A DNA stretch of 64,000 nucleotides, taken from positions 1 through 64,000 of the forward strand of contig CDMY01000227.1 of assembly GCA_001179505.1 (NCBI GenBank). The letters run 5' to 3'. Origin of the DNA: Vitrella brassicaformis CCMP3155. Lineage: Eukaryota > Protista > Chromerida. Below, piece by piece: positions 1 to 10,622 of the stretch; within the stretch, counting starts at the first letter, position 1, and every line of letters starts with the position of its first letter. The position numbers and the translations under genes were made by a program. A model generated the notes under the pieces. It was not told the DNA's origin. It searched no databases and saw nothing but the letters and a program-made list of their open reading frames with translations.

Positions 1-900
1 ATCAATTGAATGCAGGGATGGTGGGGCCATAGCAGCACGCTGGCGAGCAACGAGACACACACCAATGACTGACACAGACAAGCAAGGAGACACAGAGACA
101 CAGTGTCACTGAGTGCATGTGAAGCGTCTTTGACTGCCTTACAATGTCAGGTCATTTGCTTGATTCCATGTCTCAACCGAGTGAAGATATCCCCGTAGAC
201 ATCCATTAGAAAATGAGTGAGGCCTTCTGACCTTCGTTTCTCTGCAACGAGACACACAATCAGAAATCCGTCGGGTACGAATGACGGACCTCACAAAGCA
301 GGTCTGGTTTGTATGGTTCTTCTGCAGATATAACCGATTTAGTGATCGTACGTAATTGTAGGGCTTGTCCAGAAAAACACGAATAACTCATCACGGTTCA
401 GAGTGTGATGCAGGCATCATGCTTGACACTTCTAACCGAGGGATTTGTGATTTATGGCCATCCCTTGAATTAGAGAACTCGAGAAGGCAAAACACATCTC
501 TCTGGCCATCAGGAGAGTACATGTGACCAACGCAATGACTGTTGATATAGCTCTGCCCGTCACTCTCTCTCTCTCTCTCTCTCTCTCTTCGGTCTGTGTG
601 TGAGAGAGAGTGCACCACACGTGAGTGGGTGGATGGATGCATGGATGGATGGATGGCAGCAAGTGATGGAGTGAGTGAGTGAGTGATTGAGTGAGTGAGT
701 GAGATATCAGTGTGGTTGAGTGTTGGTGCCGTCCATCCATCCATCCATCCATTCATTCATTGATGGGTTCTGCTTGTGAGTGTGCGTGTGCGAGTGTGTT
801 TTGGACCGATGGAGCCAATGCATGGCATTCATTCACTGACAGTCAATGACTCATGAAGAGAGTCGCAGGGCTGTCCGTGGAGGCCTTCGCATCAGTGAAG

Positions 901-1117
901 AAGGCCAGCTTTCCGCCCTCTGAGCACACAGGAGGGCGGGACAGCCAGCTTTCCGGCTGGCAAGCTGACAGGGAGGCCTGGAAGGCCAGCTTTCCGGGTG
1001 GTCTGGCCAGCTTTCCGGGTGGCTGGCTGGCTTTCCGCGGGCTTAGCTAGCCTTCTGTGGGCCTAGCTAGCTTTCCCCGCCTCCTCTCAGCTTTCCGGCT
1101 GGACATCCAGCTTTTCG
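901..1117 (+). repeat. Degenerate ~20-bp-period minisatellite with core (C)AGCTTTCCG
   Basis: Core variants start near 907, 947, 988, 1009, 1029, 1049, 1069, 1089 and 1109, giving 40-bp then ~20-bp spacing. Confidence 0.75.
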
Positions 1118-1802
1118 CCGCACCTTGTCGGGTAGTGGCGAGACGGCGAGATTTGAGACGGCACAAATCATTAGACTTATCTTCGCAATTCGGAGCATAT
1201 TTTTTATGCCATCCACACGCCCTGTTTTTCTATCTGATCCCCTCCTCGTCGCTGGCGCCGGCGCCGCTGGCAGCTGGGTTTCTCGGAGCCCTTCTCAGAC
1301 CACCATCTGTCAGACTTGTAGCCCTGCTCAGCCTCCAGGCCAGCCTGCCGCGTTGGTATTGTTCGCGCGGTGGAGAACCCGCATCGGAACCCATAGCGAG
1401 AAAGACGGTGCATTCCTGACGGAGTCCTAGGCCTTTCTTTCACCTCTCGCGATAGACCATCGACACGCAGGGGCGTTCCTGCCGCATTTCATTGCTCTTA
1501 CCGTCACTCTAGTGCACTCACATCGGTTTGCTGCTGCCCTCTGTCGTCGATGAGCGCGATGGAGAGGAGAGATCAAGATGGAGAGGAGAGGTGGGTACGG
1601 GCGTGGCGTGGCAACTCGATGGCATGGCATGGGATGAGATCTATCCATGCATTTTCTGTCTGCAGGGTGTCGATGCAGCTCCGGCCGATAGATGAGGGTG
1701 AGGAGGGTGAGGAGCTCCAACCGATAGATGAGGGTGAGGAGGTACCAAAGGACGCATTACACTGCCCATTCTCACTCGTGTTGTTGCCCGGCAGAGGAAT
1801 CC

Positions 1803-2219
1803 ATGTACAGTGCGGCTGCTGGCGCAGCTGGGGCAAGTGGCGCTGCTGGGGATACTGGCGCTGGTCCATCGGCACCCAGGCCACTCCCTCAGTGGATAGC
1901 CAGCGACGCAGCAAAGTTCAAGGTCAGTATTTGCCCCCCTCCCCCCTCCCCCCCACCACATACACATACACACACACGTGTACGTGGCACGTCGCTCGGC
2001 GCCATGTCGTCAGCCACACATCGGGGCAGGGGGTATGGTCGTTCGCGGGGCCATTCGTCAATCGCGCTGGGCGACGGAAGTGGGGGCGTGGGCGGGGGCA
2101 GGGGAACCAGCGGCCAGCCTCCGCGTCAGGGTATTTCCCCTCACCCCGACAGGCTCTTCCCTGCATCACCCGGCCCATCGATTAAAAACGACTCAAGGTA
2201 AGTCACCATTGGTGCGCAC

Positions 2220-2252
<33 letters not shown>

Positions 2253-4398
2253 ACAGCTACCTCCGATTGAAGCTCCCGGAGGATGTACGCAAGCTCACAG
2301 AGTTCGCAGAACAAGAATGTGACAGGTGGGGCGAGCAATTGGCTGCCACGAACGAATGCATGTGTCGCTTGGCTCTGTGTACGTGGCAGGTTGAGGTCGA
2401 AGACCCAGAGTGAGACAGGAAGATGCAGAGAGAGAGGAATGAGCACATATGGATGCCTCAAATGATGGCTTTCTTGTCTTTGGTCTGACAGGAAGTTGCA
2501 GAAGAAGATCGCCAGGTGAGACGGCAGAAGCCAACAGACACACTGTGACACTGCGACGCCGCGACGTGCAGGCTGGAGAACGATGTCCTGTTCTCGACGA
2601 CTACCGCCTTCAATCTGCCCGACGCACCAGAAGAGGACATCCAGGAGTACGTCCCGACACAGCACATCCGTTTCGTGTGTGTCATTGTGCAGGGAAGAAG
2701 CCAGGTTTAACAAGCACCTGCAGCGCATGCAAAAGCCATCGCCCCCAACCACCACGTATGCCCCGCAGCCAAGGAGGCTATCGTGTGCAGCCATCCATCA
2801 TATGTGTGTGTCTGTGGGTGGGCATTAACAGGGACCAAGACCAAGACGACGACCGGCGCCGCGCCTTTCAGGAGGCGCAGAGACGGCTGCGGTACCTGGG
2901 GTGAGGTCATGTGTGTGTCTTGTGTGTGACAGAGTCCGACGAGCAGGGCGCCAAAGCAAAGGCCATCTTCGCCATCAAGAACTACTCACAAGTGTGTAGA
3001 ATGGTGAGTGAATCACTCAACACACACACACACACACGCTCACACGCAATGTGGGTGCTGAGTGTGTTGTGGGTGTGTTTGGGGGCGACCGATCTGGATG
3101 CACGGCTGCAGGAGATCGAGAACAAGCGGCTGACGGCCATGAAGCTGTCGAACCCCGTCGGCAGCCCCCTGTCGACTCCCGGCAGCCCGTTCACGGGCCT
3201 CGACCCCCTGCAACTCAATGACGTCGTGAGCGCATGCGCACGCACGCACATAGGAATGATGGATGGATGGACGGCTGTTCGGTGCGAGTGGATGTGTGTG
3301 GTGCAGGTTGTCAAGTTTGAGAAGAGCCACGCCCTCATCTTGGATGCAGTCGAGAAGGTGTCCGACTTGATTGCTCGGGCCAAGAAAGCCAAATCGATCA
3401 TCGCTGCAGGTGCCTGAAGCCACATAGCACCACACAAGACGGCCACACATGCGATGCGCCTGCCCTCTCTCTGTCTCTGATGGTGGTCTGATCTGGTTCT
3501 CTTTTCTGCTCATGTGCAGCACATCCCACCGCATTCACGTTTGGAATGAATCTGCTCGACCTGCCAGCGTATTGGAACGGTGGGGAGGACATCAGTGCTT
3601 GGTTCGAGGGAAGATCGGGTGGACGTGTTTGCTTGCGTCTTGCTTGTGGTTGCTGCGTGCTTGTTTGTCAGGACGGTCGGGACCTGTCAACGAGGGTGGG
3701 ACAACGAGCTTGTCGCTCTGTGGTGGTCGACATACAGGTAGGTACAGTAAGGAAGTATCTGGGCAGAAAGGACAACACAAAGGAAGGACGTGCATAGTGA
3801 TTGTGTGTTCCAAATCGGTGGTAGCTGAGTCGCCTCATGTGGCCGAGTTCACGACTCTGCACCGCTCTTCCCGGGCTTCCCTGCTGCAGAGACACCCACA
3901 CCCACAGCCACAGCCACCACCACCACCACGACGCACGGCGCCTCCGCTCACCGAAGCCCCGCTGGACCACCGGTCACCCACGCAGCACTCCCCCCACCAC
4001 AGCCACAAGCACCGGTAGCCCCTGATGTGCCGGCTGTCGACGACACCGAGGATGGCGACCTACAAGTGGAGCAGCATCAAGAAGACAACCAGAAAGGTGC
4101 CGACCAACCTGGACAGGCAGCAGAGCAGCTTACATCACATCCACCGGCCCTTGCTTGCCATTCATTCATTCTCCATTTGCCTGCCGTTTGCCTGCCGATG
4201 TGTGATGGTTCAGGTGATGGTGACACTGTGGGTGTGGGAGGAGCCACCAACATCTCCATCATGCAGCACACACAACACCGCCACCCCCACACACAAGGCA
4301 TGCGAGGCACGAACGCATCATACACACACGACACCAAGACACGCTTTCCTTCGCTATACCTGAATGTGTTTGACTGCAGGCCAAACGGACAAGAATGA
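1803..4398 (+). CDS. Multi-exon hypothetical protein; 3' end uncertain (3417 or ~4398)
   Basis: Exon-like segments between GT-AG microsatellite introns: MYSAAAGAAG...AAKFK, YLRLKLPEDVRKLTEFAEQECDR, DDDRRRAFQEAQRRLRYLG, ATDLDARLQEIENKRLTAMK, VVKFEKSHALILDAVEKV. A phase-compatible donor before 3417 and an acceptor at ~3519 allow an extension. No family recognised. Confidence 0.5.
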
Positions 4399-4646
4399 GA
4401 GTGTGCGGTGTCGCCATCATATCGCTGCCTACATTTTATATCCTGCGGTCTCTTGTCTGGAGTGTCCGCGTGCGGCTCTGATCGGTTGGCGTCCGATGTG
4501 ATGCGCCACCAGAGAGGCGGGCATCAAAGGCCAACAGTCACGGGGCACGTTTGTAAGTACGCCGCACAGTGCAGCAGACAGGCCTACACACTGCATATAT
4601 GTTGATTGAAACTCAGTTGTGTCTCTCTCCTCCTTTTATGCTGCAG

Positions 4647-5891
4647 GGCGCAAAGGACCTGGCTCTTCGCTGCACTCCAGGGGGGCGACGACACCACATT
4701 TCCACTTGCCTGGGAGCTGACACAGTGGCTGCTCGAGTGGGACCCGCTCAACCGCCCCACAGGTCACATACAACAATATAGAGATGGTGTCTGTTGTTGT
4801 ATGTGCGTCTATCTTCTATGCAGCCGAACAAGCGCTAAACCACCCATGGTTCCTCGAATGTCGACACGACAGCGAAGAGCACAAGGAGGAGGTTGACTTC
4901 CTGCACGGTAAGGACAGAGACGGACAGACAGACAGACAGACAGAGGGAGGGAGGGAGACACGAATGCAGGGGCCCTTTCTCGTGACACTAGGGCGTTTCG
5001 ACGCGGTTTTCTTCAAGAACCTCTATGCGGTTCAACGTGACAAGGAGCAAAGGGCAGAGGTGAGTGACTGAGTGAGTTGATTCCATCTGGATGCATCTCG
5101 CTGCCAACTCACTGCCGCTAACAGGTCGAGAGGCTGCGGGAACAGGTGAAGAACCATTGAAGATGCCTGTTACTGTAATCAACCAATGGCTAGATGGCTG
5201 GATGGCTGGATGGCTGGGGGCTGGTTGAGTGGTTGTGTGCCAGGTCGATATGCTAGAGCAGAAGCTGAAAGAGGCGACGCAGACGACGATGGAGAACAAG
5301 GAGATCGCCGACAAGCGGACGCAGCGGGAGAAGACGTAAGCATATACTGGTCTCACATCATTTGGTGAGGAGGATGCAGGCATACATCGATCGATGCATA
5401 CGTCCATTGAATGTCCCTTGCGCTTGTGTCTCACACAGGGTACACGTCACCTCGTCCGAAGCCCCCGCCCCAGCAATCAGCGGCCCTCGTCGCCCCGACA
5501 ATCCCCCCGCCGCCGCAAACGACCCCGCCGCCCGCAGCGTCACACCGCCCTGCCAGCATGCCCAGAGGTCCACATCCCGGCCTTCTTGGCAACTGCTGGA
5601 GCAGCTCAGCCGCCGCCCACCACCACCACCGTCGAGGAGACGCTGGACCGATGCGAGCCACGCATCAGGGAGCTGCTGGAGACGCAGGGCAGGGTCACCG
5701 AGGCGGCCGAGTCACACCTCCGCCGCTCATATGGCGTCAGCGAGGAGGACCTGGAAGAGCGGATCCAGCAGCTCAAGGATCGGCTCTACTGGCAGAGCCA
5801 GGGGTGGGGGGATGTCGCTGCCTACATTTTATATTCTGCCGTCTCTTGTTTTGAATGTGTGTGCATGAGCCTGGCTGAGCGAGCGAGATAG
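4647..5891 (+). pseudogene. Protein kinase C-terminal fragment (subdomain XI) plus coiled-coil tail
   Basis: Spliced ELTQWLLEWDPLNRPT|AEQALNHPWFLE matches the kinase subdomain XI pattern. It is followed by VDMLEQKLKEATQTT and EEDLEERIQQLKDRL. No N-lobe, HRD or DFG motif found upstream. Confidence 0.5.
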
Positions 5892-6300
5892 ATACACACA
5901 TACACACCCATTACATTGGCGCACCCATGTGCAGATTAGCCAGTCGAATGCAATGTGCCCACCTGCACACAGACAGAGAGGAGATAATGTACTGACAGCA
6001 GACAGCACACATACAGACAGCCAAGTGGGAGGGAGCTGCATGCCGCAGCGAGAGAGCCAGCCTTCCTTCCCTCTCTGGAGAACAGACCGACGTATAAACG
6101 ATCGATACTCATGAATGAATGGCTGTGTGTGTGGATTGATTCCCATAGCTAGCTACGCACGCATCGCTGCCTCTTGTTTTGTCCGAGCTGCTGCTGTGTC
6201 GTGTGTCGTGTGTGTCTGTGATGAGCGGATGCGCCTCTCACACACGCACACGCGCTGACGGACAAGAGGACACGTCCGATGCAGATGATCAGATCAGATA
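5857..6300 (+). repeat. Interspersed non-coding element, copy 1
   Basis: Collinear with 21961-22375. Shared blocks include tggctgagcgagcgagata, cagacagccaagtggga, gctgcatgccgcagcgagagag, gagaacagaccgacgta, gtccgagctgctgctgtgt and cgcgctgacggacaagag. Confidence 0.85.
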
Positions 6301-6673
6301 GATTTTATCGCTGTCTACATTTTATATCAGAAGGCCTTTGCCACACATTTTCCTGCGCGTCGTGTGTTCAAGCATTGATTGAGGACGGCGTGGCTGTCAG
6401 TGTACAATCATGGTGTGTCGACGAACAGACATCCATTCCATGCGCATGCCATTGTACATGTGCGCCCGCCGCTACGGCGGCATGCATCTCTCTCTCTCCC
6501 TCTCCCTCTAACACTCAACCAACCAAGCAAGCAACGGATTGAACGATAACCCAATACATACACACACCGCACACACACAGACCAACACCCAAAGCCCAAA
6601 ACTGATGGATAAACAACGACAGATACTGACTGCTCTGATCTGATAAGGAGAAAACCAACGGGTATGTGGTCAG

Positions 6674-9600
6674 TCAGCCCAGCGAGAAGGCTCTCTTGAT
6701 GGCCCCCTTGCCCCGATCCCGCCGGCGTCTCATCACATTGACGCTCGTCAAAGTCGGCGAACACACACGACTGGCCGGCTCCTACACCCACCCCCACACA
6801 ATGCACGCAGCCGTCTGTGTCAAGCGGCTTACTTGTGGCGATGGTGTTTGTGAATGGTGTGTGACGGTTATCGGGGGTATGGCGCTCGACCCGCGGGGGC
6901 GGCCACAGGGGGGAGCCTGTGGGGTCAGCGAACTGGGAGACTCTGATGACACACACACGCACACACACAGACACAGACACAGTGAGCCGGCAGGACACTC
7001 AACACACCACACGCCCACCCTCACCGGTAGCATTTGCGGGTCTGTATCCGCCGAGGAAGTCGGTGTCGGCATCCCCCTCTGCTGGAGGGTGCACCACACA
7101 CACGCCCCCAACCCGCTGCTTGCCGCCCACAGCCTGCTCCTCGTCGTCCATCATCTCGTCCTCGTCAAGCTCGGCGAGCTGGAAGCCGCGGATCTCCACA
7201 CCGGACCGGGACCGACGGGGGCCGTACGACGACATGACTGATGGACATACCATGGCAACAGAGAGAGGCAGGAGAACGGTGTGTTGGTGGGCGGACAATG
7301 GGGGGAGGGTGTGAGCGTGTGTGTGAGAGCGTACTGGTCATGAAGTCCTGGAAGTCGATGAAGCCGTCATCTGCACACACAGAGAGAGAGAGAAGAGGAC
7401 CAGAGGGAGAGGGAGGGAGGGAGGGAGGGAGACAGATAAATGGACCGATCCACAGAGCTTGTGGTGTGTGTGTGTGTGTATGTGGTCTGGGTGCGTACGG
7501 TTTCTGTCGAAGTAGTTGAGCATCTGTTGGCAGAACTCGTCCCCGAACAGCCCCTGGACGTCCGCATCGAGAAGGACGTCTGCCAGCTGCTGCACCGATA
7601 TCTTGCCCTTGCCCTCACGATCAAACACACGAAACGCCGACCAACACACGTCACGCTGACACGCTTGACTGCACTCACCGACCAACCAACACAGAGGTAT
7701 GTATTGTGTTCTTCCTTCCGTGTGTGTGTCTCGGTGTGAGTGTGTCGGAGTGTGTGTACCGTTTGTCAATCGAGGCAGCGATGAACTCGGTGTAGTCGAT
7801 GAAGCCTGAGTTATCCAAATCCTGTAGGACCCAGGCCACACCACACGAGAGCCCACGTGTCTCTGTCTGTCTGTCTGTCTGTATGGGCTAGCTACCATGT
7901 CCTGGAACCACTCCTCAATGTCTTCATTGGTCAGCAGACCACGGTCACACAGCTTCTGGAAACCTGCACATATATGCCCCACACACACACAGCACACAAT
8001 ACAACCAACACGCAGACGCCGATCGATTCATTCCGGTGCACCGACCTTACCCTGCTTCATCTCCTGCAGCGAGAGCACGCCGTCTCCATTGGTGTCAAGC
8101 TCCACAAACACATCGTGCAGATGACCAATGTGGTTGTCGTCCTGATTGCAACACATCCATCCATCCATCCATGCCAAACATACAACGCTTGTCTCTGCCT
8201 CTTTGTCCCCGGCGCAGCGTACCAGCTGTCGTGCGACAGCAGCGACGGCCATCCGTCTGAACTGGTTGACCCTGCAGTACCGCCGCAGGTTGGTCAGCAG
8301 CTCTGCCGGGATGGACGCGTGGTGGGCCCCCTGGTGGTAGGCCACCCAGGGGTGCTTGAGCACCTCCTCAGCTGTGTACCCTGCACACGTGCATCACATG
8401 AACCGGACACCAGCACAGAGGGTACATATGTCTGTGCGGGAGGGTGGGTGGTGTAGGAGGGTTACGTTTCTTGGGATCGACGACGAGCAGTTTGCTGACG
8501 AGCTGTCGGGCCTCCGGGCTGATCTGACGCCACACACCATCTGCACGCGCACAGGACAATGCCCGTCCTCTCGACGACTGAGTTCTTCCATGCATCCTCC
8601 CTCCCTCCCTGCCTCACGTGTCATAGAGTAGTCGCCATTGAGAATCTTCTGCACCACTCCCTGACCGAAAAAAGGCGGCTGACCACTCAGCATCACAAAT
8701 AGCACCACACCTGACACACACGCGCACACATGGCAGTATGCCCATCCACCCAGTGACTTACACACAGCACTTACCCAGTGACCACATATCGCATTTCTCG
8801 TCATAGGGGTACCCGGCGAGCACCTCGGGCGCCACGTACATGAGCGACCCTATCCGCGTCTTCATCAGCGCAGGCGGCATCCGCCCGCTGTCGTCACTAT
8901 CGCCCCCCTCGCCCGCCTCCTCAGTGTCGCCGTCCTCACCACCACATTCATCGCTCGACCCGGATTTCGCACGATGACGGCCGTTGTGACGCACCTGAGG
9001 GACCAGATCAGATGGACACTGATCAGATCAGATGGTGGATGGATGTGTGTGTTGGATCGGTGTGGGCGGGGCGAGGGTTCACACCTGTCTGAATGGGTGC
9101 GGCACCACTTGCTGTCGCAGGACAGGGCGGAACTTGGTGCCGAAGCCAAAGTCGATGATCTTGATGGGCGACTCTGGCGCCTTCGTAAGGAAGACGATGT
9201 TCTCGGGCTTCATGTCCCTGTGTGCGATGCCCCTCTGGTGGCAGTACAGCAGCGCCGAGGCCACCTGCTTGATGATGGCAGCCGCCGTCCGCTCACTGCA
9301 AACATGTCATGACACACACGGGATGGATGGACCGGTGAGCCGATGGGTGGGATGGATGGATGTATGGGCCAATGCATGGGATGCAGCTGTTCGCCTACCC
9401 TACCTGAGGTGCTTCTCCTCGACGATTCTCTGGAAAAGCTCCCCGCCCTCGCAGTACTCGAGCACTAAATAGAAGTTGGCCAAATCCTCAAACACCTTCA
9501 CACACACACACAGAGACACAGACAGAGACAGATTCCGTCCGTCCGTCCGTCCGTCCCTCGCGCCACCGCCAGCGCACCGACCCACCTCGAGCAGCCTGCA

Positions 9601-10463
9601 TATGGCTGGGTGGTCGAGTGACCTCATCAGTGACACCTCCCGCTTGAAGGTGTCCAGCTGATCAGCCATCACCTTCTTCTTAGACACCTGCACATAACAC
9701 AACACCAGACAGACAAATGCAATGCAGCCAGCCACAAGCTTTCTTTGCCGAATCGACCGACCGACCGACCTTTTTGATGGCCACTGTGCGCCCGGGATTC
9801 AGCTTAGACCGAGCCAGGAAAATTGAGCCGTACCCACCCTCGCCAATCAGACCATCCTGCAATCAATCAATCACCACACACATACACACACAAGACTGCA
9901 TGTAAGTGGGTGCCTGTGGTATCTATCTTGCGGCCCAGGTAGGTCCGTACGTCTAAGAAGGTGTAGTGGTCGTTGATCGAGACGGCGTGCTTCTCGCTGA
10001 TGAAGGTCTTGTAGTCATAGTGAGGGATGGCGCTGGTGGTGCCGGCCATGCCGCCGACGGGCGAGGAGGCGTAGCGCAGGGCAGACATGGGGGGCGCGGT
10101 CGGCGGGGAGTGATGTGTGTGTGACAAACTATGGCTGAACGACCCAACCAACAAACACAATACCCTTAGTGTGCGTGGCGTATCAGGCTCGTGTGTGTGT
10201 GTGTACCTTTTCTTTGTCGGGATTTCGCTTCTGGTCTTGAAGGCAACTTGAGTCTGGTAGGACTGTCGGCTCTCAGGGCTGCTCCCGCCGCCATCGTGGC
10301 TGCACGACGCCGAGTGGGGAATCGTCTGGGAAGACGATGGCGGGAGGTCCGATGACGGCGAAGCGTCATAGCCTTCTCCCGGTGTGTGTGCGGCTGCGGC
10401 GTGCGTGGCGTAGGCGCCAGGCTGGCCGAGAGGGGGAGGGGAGGGAGAAGCAATGCTCATCAT
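6674..10463 (-). CDS. CDPK: Calcium-dependent protein kinase (kinase domain plus 4 EF hands)
   Basis: GEGGYGSIF, VAIKK, HRDMKPEN, DFG, YVAPE, CDMWSLG and HPW motifs; junction domain LRRYCRVNQFRRMAV; EF hands DTNGDGVLSLQE, DLDNSGFIDYTE, DREGKGKISVQQ and DRNDDGFIDFQD. Last exon ends RAFSLG* at 6674. Confidence 0.95.
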
Positions 10464-10622
10464 CTATCAGAAGATCAACGTGTATGTTGGCTTCATGACG
10501 TTCGGGATGCTCTCGTGGAGTGATTCAAGTGGAAAAAGCTCTTCAAATGTGGCGAAAGGCTCCTTGGGCCGGGAGTTGTTTGCGAGCTAGGCTTGCAGAG
10601 GGGAAAGGGGAGGGCAGCAGGG

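Noticed and set aside
1-850. Short ORFs and AT-richer sequence at the window start
   Set aside because: The ORFs are microsatellite-derived or interrupted by stops, with no recognisable domain.
1125-1430. 101-aa ORF with AGAGAAGSW, vaguely like a retroelement motif
   Set aside because: The similarity is too short, with no supporting zinc knuckle or RT motifs.
1685-1745. 21-bp direct repeat ccgatagatgagggtgaggag
   Set aside because: A simple local duplication of two units; not a CRISPR-like array.
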